The translations under genes were made by a program, and so were the position numbers. 64,000 nucleotides of DNA, from the IMG/VR virus record IMGVR_UViG_3300019458_000003, positions 1 to 64,000 of that record. One strand, written 5' to 3'. Below are positions 41,728 through 49,278 of the stretch, in pieces. Under the pieces are notes generated by a model, which searched no databases, was not told the origin of the DNA, and saw only the letters and a program-made list of their open reading frames with translations. Source of the stretch: a virus. Position 1 is the first letter of the stretch. Each line of letters opens with the position of its first letter.

Positions 41728-41757
41728 AGTATACCACACCGGATATATCTTTGTCAA
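41728..41757 (-). promoter_or_regulatory. Early sigma70-type promoter P2
   Basis: Minus strand: TTGACAAAGATATATCCGGTGTGGTATACT. Confidence 0.75.
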
Positions 41758-42791
41758 GATTTCCCTGTAGCAGGTCCCGGTCGCGTGCTCACCACCAACA
41801 CCTCTTTACGAAGCTTATCCATGACTTTCGGATTGCTCTCTAGAAGCTTGACGAAATTTGCTTTGCCTTGAGCTTTTAGATCTTCATAAGAGAGTACGCT
41901 ACCACTAACCCTGACCAGATCTCGGAGCATGCCATATCGAACGATCTCTTCATCAGCATCAATCTGGCTCCGTCGAGGTCCAGAAGTATAAAAAACAAAC
42001 TCTGATTCTTTGTATGGCGGCGCGGTCTTATTCTTTACGATGTTAAAACGTACCACATGGCCCACCTTCTCCTTGCCCGCCGAACCTTTTTCCTCTATCC
42101 ACTCTCCACGAGCCAACCGAACTCGAACAGAAGCGAAAAATTTCACCGCATTTCCTCCTGGGGTATACTCGGTTGGACCGTAGACGACACCCGGTTTTTC
42201 CCTGATTTGATTAAGTAAAATAATCAAACATTGGTTATATTCTCCTTCTGAGTCATAGGCATTCAAGGCAGCTTGAAGCTTCTTGACGGCACCGCCTACC
42301 AATTGAGCCGGAGAAGCCATACGGGAAGACTCACCTGCTGATTTTTCTAAGTCTTCTGATGGAACTAGAGCCGCCACGCTATCAAGAACCACCAATCCAA
42401 CCTCGTTGGTCTTAACCACGGCCTGAAGCATATCAACAGCGTCTTCCCCTTTTTCAGGGCGCATCACTGTCAGCCGCTTGAGATCAACCCCAATTAAAGC
42501 TACCCATGCAGGATCAAGAGTACCTTCCACGTCAAGCCAAACGACTGGCTTACCGAGCTTCTGAACCTCTCTAGCTGCATACAAAGCTAGAGAGGATTTT
42601 GTGGATCCCTCTTTTCCGAATAGCTCCACTATTCTACCAGCCGGATATCCGCCCCCCATCTCTACGTCCAAGGCAAGGCTTCCGGTTGGGATTCTCTGTA
42701 TCTCTAAACTCTTTAGGTCTGCCCCGGCTGTAACGGCTGGTCCGTACTTTTTAGCTAGAGCCTCCATTGTTTTCTCAAATTCTGTTCCCAT
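41754..42791 (-). CDS. RecA-family recombinase
   Basis: 345 aa with Walker A ELFGKEGSTKSS and Walker B LVVLDSVAAL, in a RecA-like layout. Confidence 0.75.
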   Translation of the reverse strand: MGTEFEKTMEALAKKYGPAVTAGADLKSLEIQRIPTGSLALDVEMGGGYPAGRIVELFGKEGSTKSSLALYAAREVQKLGKPVVWLDVEGTLDPAWVALIGVDLKRLTVMRPEKGEDAVDMLQAVVKTNEVGLVVLDSVAALVPSEDLEKSAGESSRMASPAQLVGGAVKKLQAALNAYDSEGEYNQCLIILLNQIREKPGVVYGPTEYTPGGNAVKFFASVRVRLARGEWIEEKGSAGKEKVGHVVRFNIVKNKTAPPYKESEFVFYTSGPRRSQIDADEEIVRYGMLRDLVRVSGSVLSYEDLKAQGKANFVKLLESNPKVMDKLRKEVLVVSTRPGPATGKS

Positions 42792-43317
42792 GACTCCCGC
42801 CTCTCCTCGACTTACCCTTAAAGGTTTCCCACCCCGCCATGGCTAGTACAATGCCGTCAGCTACATTGTCATCCTCCGCTTCACTCCCATACCGATATCT
42901 TACAAAGGATACTACTTCTGGCTTCTTCGCGTTCCCTTTACAGCCTACCATTTTTCGAGCACTGGCTGCAGATATGATTAGAGCTTTTCTCTGATCCGGT
43001 GCTCGTTGTAACCAATCCCATAGAATGGCACCCGATAGACGGGCTAGCAATTGTAGAGTCCTAACATTTTTACCCAAATAACAATCTTCTACAACTAGCC
43101 GATCTACTTCGTGTCGAGTTAGAAGCTTTGACATCTCACTAGCAATTACCCTTAATATGTCCTGCTCGTCAACGTTGGCTTTTGCTTCCGTCTTATTCTT
43201 ATACAGAGGAGCCAATTTATCCAAAGGTCGAATAACACCAGTCTTTTCGATTTTACCATTCTCGACTATGCACCAGCCGGTGCTGACGCTACTGGTGTCG
43301 GCTCCCAAAATTTTCAT
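42775..43317 (-). CDS. RuvC-like Holliday junction resolvase
   Basis: MKILGADTSSVSTGW (catalytic Asp), LVVEDCY and DNVADGIVLA. Start moved to the ATG at 43317. Confidence 0.7.
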   Translation of the reverse strand: MKILGADTSSVSTGWCIVENGKIEKTGVIRPLDKLAPLYKNKTEAKANVDEQDILRVIASEMSKLLTRHEVDRLVVEDCYLGKNVRTLQLLARLSGAILWDWLQRAPDQRKALIISAASARKMVGCKGNAKKPEVVSFVRYRYGSEAEDDNVADGIVLAMAGWETFKGKSRRGGSHGNRI

Positions 43318-43399
43318 TTGGACCCCTGTTCTCTCAACCACCACCCCAATTTTATCAACATCTTTCCAACCACATACATGCCGTGTCTTGCATACGTCA

Positions 43400-43429
43400 G
43401 GGGCGAGAGGCGTAAGGTCCTCTCGCCCC
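43400..43429 (-). terminator. GC-rich hairpin without U-tract (possible terminator or RNA processing/stability element)
   Basis: Minus strand: GGGGCGAGAGG-ACCTTACG-CCTCTCGCCCC (11-bp perfect stem). It is intergenic. Confidence 0.35.
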
Positions 43430-43452
43430 TAGCACTAGCCCCCGTGTTGACG

Positions 43453-43677
43453 TTACGATAGCTTGTTCGCCACAGCATTGAGAATGCCCGCCGTGACCGG
43501 AAGGAGAGCGAAGTCAGGAACAACCGTAAAGACTGCTCCCAGTACCGGAGCTACCGCCGTAGAGATCAGAACCAGCAAAGAAACACTGATAATCTGGTCC
43601 GCGACAGTAGCATCGTTGTCAGTCGCCAATAGACCCGCAACCTGCTTCACAATCGCCAACTTACTCACATCCATCAT
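43453..43677 (-). CDS. Small membrane protein
   Basis: 74 aa, hydrophobic, with strong SD GAGGAGGAGGTGAAGAAATG. Confidence 0.5.
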   Translation of the reverse strand: MMDVSKLAIVKQVAGLLATDNDATVADQIISVSLLVLISTAVAPVLGAVFTVVPDFALLPVTAGILNAVANKLS

Positions 43678-43804
43678 TTCTTCACCTCCTCCTCGATTGA
43701 TTTTTGCTAAATAACCTTACAATACTTCACTATGTTAAGACATTCCGCGAGAAATTCATCCCGGCTTCGTTTACCTTTAAATTGATTATGTGGCCAATTG
43801 TTCT

Positions 43805-44167
43805 TTAGTCATTCTTATTAAGAGTTGGCCACCTTACATCATCTGTACCTAACTTACGTCGCTCAAATATGATTAACGTCAAGGCGTGCCAAGCCAGGTG
43901 CGCTAAGTGATGGCATCCTGTTTCTGGATCAATCGATTCTCCTCCCACCCATCGCCAATAATGCCTTTGGAGAGCATGCGCACTTAAGGACCAATTATAT
44001 CCAAACCGATAATTAACTGGATTGTATTTTCTAGCTCCAACACCGTAAACCTTCCCCAATTCAAGCATCGCCTCTGGGGGTGCCCACGCAAGCTGCTCGA
44101 TCTTAGAACCTTTTGCCCCGCCGGTCTTCTCATCAACTACTCTTATTTCTCCGAAATTTTTATCCAT
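43805..44167 (-). CDS. DUF5664-like protein (dATP/dGTP diphosphohydrolase MazZ N-terminal-domain-like)
   Basis: 120 aa. KGSKIEQLAWAPPEAMLELGKVYGVGARKY..NYRFGYNWSLSAHALQRHYWRW..GESIDPETGCHHLAHLAWHALTLI follows the DUF5664 pattern as I recall it (GK.R.dLiP..al..la.vl.fGa.KY...NW..G...s....a..RH...w..Ge..D.esG..HLaHa..n..fl). Confidence 0.6.
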   Translation of the reverse strand: MDKNFGEIRVVDEKTGGAKGSKIEQLAWAPPEAMLELGKVYGVGARKYNPVNYRFGYNWSLSAHALQRHYWRWVGGESIDPETGCHHLAHLAWHALTLIIFERRKLGTDDVRWPTLNKND

Positions 44168-44193
44168 GACTCCCCCATTTTACACCGTATCAA

Positions 44194-44817
44194 TCAGATA
44201 GGTGCCTCGTCGTCAGCATCAGTCAACGGATTTGGCGTCTCTGCCTCGTCCTCCTTCACTTCCTTCTTGTCAGGAGTCTTACCGTTTAATAGGGCGTCTA
44301 GTCGTTCTTTATTCGGCTTAAAATACTCCACCAGATCAACTAAAGCTAACGTCTTTTCTGCTTCCGAAAGAGGCTCCATGTTGGGCGCAATAGTAATGTC
44401 ATATTCCGTTTGAAGGTCTACCCCTCGCCTAGTAATAGAAAGATCGAACTCGGTTGGAAGCTTCTTCCATTTCTTCATGATTGCCTGAACCTGTCCCATC
44501 TGACGGTCCCTGAAGGTCCAAATTTTAACCCTCTTGTCACGCCGATCTAGGACATTAACTGAAATCCCTTTCTGAATCTTATGTCCATCTGCTTTAACCC
44601 GCTCGTTGTCCTCCTTGAGAACTGTTACCGGATGACGCTTACCGTTGATAGGGATGTAGGTCACGAACGCAACCAACGGTACATCATTAAGAATCCTGAT
44701 CTCGGCTTCCTCCCCGTCTTTCAGCTTGAAATATTCTACCTTAGGCAGATCTTCTCCAGATTTAACGCTAGGCTCCCACGCCTTGGCTGCATCAGTAATC
44801 GACTGTTGATCGCTCAT
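44194..44817 (-). CDS. ssDNA-binding protein-like (OB-fold, acidic C-terminal tail)
   Basis: 207 aa with acidic tail EDEAETPNPLTDADDEAPI. Same architecture as 45954..46589. Confidence 0.5.
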   Translation of the reverse strand: MSDQQSITDAAKAWEPSVKSGEDLPKVEYFKLKDGEEAEIRILNDVPLVAFVTYIPINGKRHPVTVLKEDNERVKADGHKIQKGISVNVLDRRDKRVKIWTFRDRQMGQVQAIMKKWKKLPTEFDLSITRRGVDLQTEYDITIAPNMEPLSEAEKTLALVDLVEYFKPNKERLDALLNGKTPDKKEVKEDEAETPNPLTDADDEAPI

Positions 44818-45257
44818 CTATCATGCCTCCTATCGTTTTCTTCGCCTCGTAACAATCTCTTTGCCGTATTAATGTACTCCATGCACCTCTCCCAACCTGA
44901 CTCGAAGAACGATTCCAAAGCCCTCGCCCCGTTCGCCTCGGCCTTTCCTTCTCTCTCTGCAGCGGCAGAGACAAACTTATCTCCTGAGGCTACGGTCTGA
45001 GTTTTGACATCCATATACTTTGCGTTCTCTAAATTTTCTCTGATCGTTTTCCACATATGATACTTTGCACTAAAATATCCGAATAGCGCCGTCGCTTCAG
45101 CTAGGAATTTCTCCACTTCCTCTCTAGCCATAAACCGCTCTGCCAGAGTACCGCGCATTAGCTTTTGGTCCATTTCGTCTAGTCTTTTGCCCTGCTCTAC
45201 CGCTTCCGCCGGGACTAGATTATTAAATTCTGTTGCCAATTCGCTCAGAGTTTTCAT
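44814..45257 (-). CDS. Hypothetical helical protein
   Basis: ORF track, 147 aa. Confidence 0.5.
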   Translation of the reverse strand: MKTLSELATEFNNLVPAEAVEQGKRLDEMDQKLMRGTLAERFMAREEVEKFLAEATALFGYFSAKYHMWKTIRENLENAKYMDVKTQTVASGDKFVSAAAEREGKAEANGARALESFFESGWERCMEYINTAKRLLRGEENDRRHDR

Positions 45258-45273
45258 TGTTCTCCTATGGGGG

Positions 45274-45329
45274 AGGGTGAGAGGCTAACCAACAATGCTA
45301 TAATTTACTAAATGGTTTCCGCTCACCCT
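45274..45329 (-). other. Long-loop GC-rich inverted repeat
   Basis: agggtgagagg (45274-45284) pairs with ccgctcaccct (45319-45329) at 10 of 11 positions. It is intergenic, and its arm sequence resembles the other G-rich hairpins. Confidence 0.35.
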
Positions 45330-45340
45330 GGGGACGATCC

Positions 45341-45943
45341 TTAATCCAAGTTGCCTCCATCCCACTTAAAATCGCCTACCTTGCCCCACTCATCGTGGAT
45401 GACAAAGTAAAGCATACCAACATTCATCCAAGCGTCATACATTGCGTTATGTGAAGAAAGATTCGGCACACGATGTTCCGCATAAGACTTACCTATCGTT
45501 TCAGCAGCCTTCCTAGTTTCCTCAAAAGTCAATCCTCTCACAATTGCATCCACAAATATCAAGGCATTCAGGTCTAGGGATCGATATCCAAACATCTTAG
45601 CTGATTTAGGTAGATATTTCTTAAGAAATAACATATCAAAAGCAGCTATGTTCTTCCCTAGCGGGATTAACTTCTTATCTGGTCCCTCCTGAGAAAGCCA
45701 AGAAGCTAGCTGTTCATCTGCTTCCTCCAGCGTCGGCAGAGTTTTATCGTCGCGGGTGCTAAGGTCGATTTTGTTAATCCTTATTGAGGCAGGATTGACG
45801 GTTATTGACTCATGACGAATCTCTACATAAAACTCGGCCATGTTCGATAGTCGGACGCAACCGACTGATAAAATTTGGTGCCGGTCCTTATCGACGCCTG
45901 ACGTTTCTAGATCAATAGAGATCAAATCAAAATCCCTCGACAT
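45341..45943 (-). CDS. DEDDh 3'-5' exonuclease (DnaQ/RNase T-like)
   Basis: ISIDLETSG, GKNIAAFDMLFL and SHNAMYDAWM. Confidence 0.75.
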   Translation of the reverse strand: MSRDFDLISIDLETSGVDKDRHQILSVGCVRLSNMAEFYVEIRHESITVNPASIRINKIDLSTRDDKTLPTLEEADEQLASWLSQEGPDKKLIPLGKNIAAFDMLFLKKYLPKSAKMFGYRSLDLNALIFVDAIVRGLTFEETRKAAETIGKSYAEHRVPNLSSHNAMYDAWMNVGMLYFVIHDEWGKVGDFKWDGGNLD

Positions 45944-45953
45944 AGACCCTCCT

Positions 45954-46589
45954 TTAAAGGGGAGTATCTGAATCCGCTATGGGGACAAGCTCTGCAGCAT
46001 CTGCTTGCACAGAGCTAACCATGTCCGGATTGGATAATTCCCTAATTTTCTTGCTTGTAGCAGCACTTCTCTGACCCAAGTGCCTGATCTGTTCTTCTAC
46101 TGGCATTGGTTTTAGAAGCTCCCCCAGATCAAACGTGGTAACCTGTTCCGGCGTAGTTTTCTCTCCGGCCTTCCCGATTTGATATCTAGTGGAGCTTCGA
46201 TCTTTACCTGTTCGAACAATCGTTATGTCGTAATATCTCGGATCGCCCGCAACTGTCAACAATCCCACCAACCCATCAGAATGATCTGGTCGCCCCACCA
46301 ATCCGGCGGAATAAACCATCACCTTAACTTTATTGTCCGCTCGATCAACCACATTGGAATAAAACCTAAGAGTCGGTTGATCGCCCTTTGCACAAAATAG
46401 GCAATCGCGACCTGGGCAAATCACAGGCTTCTTGCCTATCGCTCCGAAATGAACATTACGACAAGTAGGCTCCTCGTCAAGGATACGAATTTTGTATGTC
46501 CCCTCATTGATTCGGAGCATGGGAAATTGCTGACTCTCCCCGCTTTCCGGCTGCCACTTCTGCAAACTATCCAAAAATTTGTTGCTCAT
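45954..46589 (-). CDS. ssDNA-binding protein-like with Cys4 cluster (second copy)
   Basis: 211 aa with CRNVHF...CPGRDCLFC and acidic tail ADSDTPL. Its layout parallels 44194..44817. Confidence 0.5.
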   Translation of the reverse strand: MSNKFLDSLQKWQPESGESQQFPMLRINEGTYKIRILDEEPTCRNVHFGAIGKKPVICPGRDCLFCAKGDQPTLRFYSNVVDRADNKVKVMVYSAGLVGRPDHSDGLVGLLTVAGDPRYYDITIVRTGKDRSSTRYQIGKAGEKTTPEQVTTFDLGELLKPMPVEEQIRHLGQRSAATSKKIRELSNPDMVSSVQADAAELVPIADSDTPL

Positions 46590-46641
46590 GCCTTGCCCCC
46601 TTATTTAATTAAAGTGTACCACATCGTCAAACTCTCGTTAA

Positions 46642-49278
46642 TTATTCGCCTTTCTTCATGGAGAATAGATCTTTGCCGACTTTAATCTCCACACCTAGAG
46701 GTACTTCCACACCAGGAATAGGCCTAGCCATCTCTCTTTTCATAATCTCCGTTACTTCGGGCACTAATTCATCAGGCGCTTCAGAAATAACAGAATCATG
46801 TACAGTCAAGACAGGGTGCGCTTGCGGGCATTCCTTCTCAAATGCCATATCTATCCGTACAAACGAAATAAACATAATGTGTGCCTCTAATCTTTGAATA
46901 GGAGCATTGACAGCACACCTTTCTGCGTGGCCTCTCATTTTAGGTTCAGCAGATATAATGTCTGGTAATCGTCGGCGTCCGCCAAATAAATCCGTCACGT
47001 ATCCTTTATCACGCGCCATTTGAATCATGCGACGTTCATAATTTTTGGTCCCTGGATAACGAGCCGAAAACTTATCTATCCACTCTTGAGCGGTATATTC
47101 TGGAACTCCAAATTCTTTACTCAATTTCCATGCGGACACTCCCATGATTACCGCATATACGAATGTCTTTGCCTGTTGCCTCTGTTCGAGCGTGATCTTC
47201 TCAGCAGGAATACCAAAAATTACTGACGCATTGATTCTATGTGGGTCGCGACCATTGATAATATCGTCTAGAAGCTGCGGATCTTTAGAATAATTAGCCC
47301 ATAGACGATATTGAATTTGGTTAAAATCTGCCTCAACTAGGCTGTGTCCTTCTTCTGCCACAAAGATCCTTCTAGCGCGGCTACCGATCGCCACTTGACC
47401 GGTAAGTGCATCCGATTCCAACCTATGGATGTTCTGCAAGTTAGGGTTCCTAGAACTTAATCTGTGCACTTCGGTTGCTATTAGACCGAATTTTGAATGA
47501 ATACGCCCATCTTTGCGAATAAAAGCCTCAAAATTCTCTCCGTAGGCTTCCACTAAATGGAGATGAGATCGATATTCCGTGATCATCTTGGGGATTTCAT
47601 GATCACGACCCAATATCGCCAACACTTTTTCATCTGTAGAATTAACACCATGCGGATGCTTCTGACTAGGCTTGGTTTTCTTGATCGGCTTCAATCCCAA
47701 GATATCAAACAATATCACTCGTAACTGAGTAGAAGATCCATAATTGATCTCCTCAAGACCAAGGATTTTCTTTGCCTGTTCTGTAACAGAATGAGCTTGT
47801 AACTGCCTATCGATATCGCTAGCTACAGCGTGGTACTCGTCTCGAATTTCTTTCAATCTCTGCCTATCGATCTTAATGCCACGCCACTCCATTTTACAGA
47901 GAGCGGATTGCATTGGCACAATGATACGCCTAAACAGATGAATCATTCCCTGTTCTTCGATCATTTTACAAAATAGCCGTCGTAACCTGCCAGTGGCATC
48001 GACGTCCGCAGCGGCGTATTTCCACAGAACCTCATATGGGATACGAGAGAAATCAACTACCGGTCCATCCGACATTAATTGCTCTCCTAGTGTCGCGTCA
48101 GGAGTTGGACCGTATTTCTCGACAATCCTCGTCTTCCACATATCAAGTTCAGTATCATAAGCCCCCATATCAGTGAATTTCAAAGCCAGCGGCTTAAGAC
48201 CGTTTGTCTTAGCATTCTCATCTAACAAACGGTGCATAACCAAGGTATCATAGGCATACTTATTAACTCCCAAGCCGCCGGTACCTAGCTCAGTTTTAAT
48301 GAACGGTATATCGAATGACCCCATATGTGCACATTTCGGCACCTCAGATTCAAAAAATTCCTTCAATCTTTCTCTGACGTAGTTATGTAATTCTCCCCAG
48401 AAGGGTTCCAATTCCGAATCTGGGTTCTTTCTCGTATATAACGGGACCACACGCCCCGACCCCTCATGGTTCGAGAACGCAAAGAAGATGATCTTGCGTA
48501 TATCTAGATCGAAACCAGTAGTTTCAAGGTCAAATTCCACCACTTCAGACTTCAACAATTCGTCAATCAGGCCATCAAATTGCTCTTTATTCTCAATAAC
48601 CTTGTAATCAGTAGGTCTGCGAGGCTTATCCCCCATAACAGGATCTTCTCCGCGAGAAACGGCTCTAGCCATTTTTAGATCGGAGACCAAATGGCCGTGG
48701 AGAACTTCGTCCCCTGCATTATGCAATAGATAGGAAGGATGGTACGCGGGAATAACTTTGCACTCAAATTCTTCTAGCATAAAAATAGTCCCGCGTACCT
48801 TAGTGATTCCGCTCTTCTTCAATAGAGCTTTCAAAGGCACATTGCCCAGAGGCACGATTACTTTAGGCTTAACTTTTAAGATCTCATGCACCAAATATGG
48901 CGCATCCTGAGCAATCTCTGCATCCGTCGGGACTCGATTTTCGGGTGGCCGGAAATGTCTCGCATTGGTCACATATATCTCTTCTCTCCGCAATCCTGCC
49001 TCTTCTAGGCATCGCATCAACAGTTTGCCCGACGCCCCTACGAACGGACGCCCCTGGCTGTCTTCTTCTGCACCTGGAGCTTCTCCGATAATCATCAAAT
49101 CAGATGGGGCTGGTCCTTCCCCATCCACAAATTTGGCTCCTTTAGGGGAGGAATCCGCACCCCAGATGGTCGCAGCTTCTAGCCCCTTGGGATGTTCGGT
49201 TAAAGCCCGTAAAACTGGTGACAATTTCGTAAGCGCTAATTGCTCTTCTGTTAGAGGGACAGTTGGTTTCTTAGTCAT
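46642..49278 (-). CDS. Family A DNA polymerase with N-terminal family-4 UDG-like domain and 3'-5' exonuclease domain
   Basis: UDG-like motifs IIGEAPGAEEDSQGRPFVGASGKLL and PAYHPSYLL, with no Fe-S Cys cluster seen. Exo I is VVEFDLETTG. Pol motif A is VEADFNQIQYRL, motif B RQQAKTFVYAVIMG and motif C LTVHDSVISE. Confidence 0.9.
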   Translation of the reverse strand: MTKKPTVPLTEEQLALTKLSPVLRALTEHPKGLEAATIWGADSSPKGAKFVDGEGPAPSDLMIIGEAPGAEEDSQGRPFVGASGKLLMRCLEEAGLRREEIYVTNARHFRPPENRVPTDAEIAQDAPYLVHEILKVKPKVIVPLGNVPLKALLKKSGITKVRGTIFMLEEFECKVIPAYHPSYLLHNAGDEVLHGHLVSDLKMARAVSRGEDPVMGDKPRRPTDYKVIENKEQFDGLIDELLKSEVVEFDLETTGFDLDIRKIIFFAFSNHEGSGRVVPLYTRKNPDSELEPFWGELHNYVRERLKEFFESEVPKCAHMGSFDIPFIKTELGTGGLGVNKYAYDTLVMHRLLDENAKTNGLKPLALKFTDMGAYDTELDMWKTRIVEKYGPTPDATLGEQLMSDGPVVDFSRIPYEVLWKYAAADVDATGRLRRLFCKMIEEQGMIHLFRRIIVPMQSALCKMEWRGIKIDRQRLKEIRDEYHAVASDIDRQLQAHSVTEQAKKILGLEEINYGSSTQLRVILFDILGLKPIKKTKPSQKHPHGVNSTDEKVLAILGRDHEIPKMITEYRSHLHLVEAYGENFEAFIRKDGRIHSKFGLIATEVHRLSSRNPNLQNIHRLESDALTGQVAIGSRARRIFVAEEGHSLVEADFNQIQYRLWANYSKDPQLLDDIINGRDPHRINASVIFGIPAEKITLEQRQQAKTFVYAVIMGVSAWKLSKEFGVPEYTAQEWIDKFSARYPGTKNYERRMIQMARDKGYVTDLFGGRRRLPDIISAEPKMRGHAERCAVNAPIQRLEAHIMFISFVRIDMAFEKECPQAHPVLTVHDSVISEAPDELVPEVTEIMKREMARPIPGVEVPLGVEIKVGKDLFSMKKGE

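Noticed and set aside
46614-46642. Promoter-like TTGACG ... TGGTACACT upstream of the SSB-like gene 45954..46589.
   Set aside because: The TTGACG lies only 6 nt from the -10-like TACACT, so it cannot serve as a -35. The only hexamer at proper spacing is TTAACG (17 nt), giving at best a weak promoter. I did not list it as a feature.
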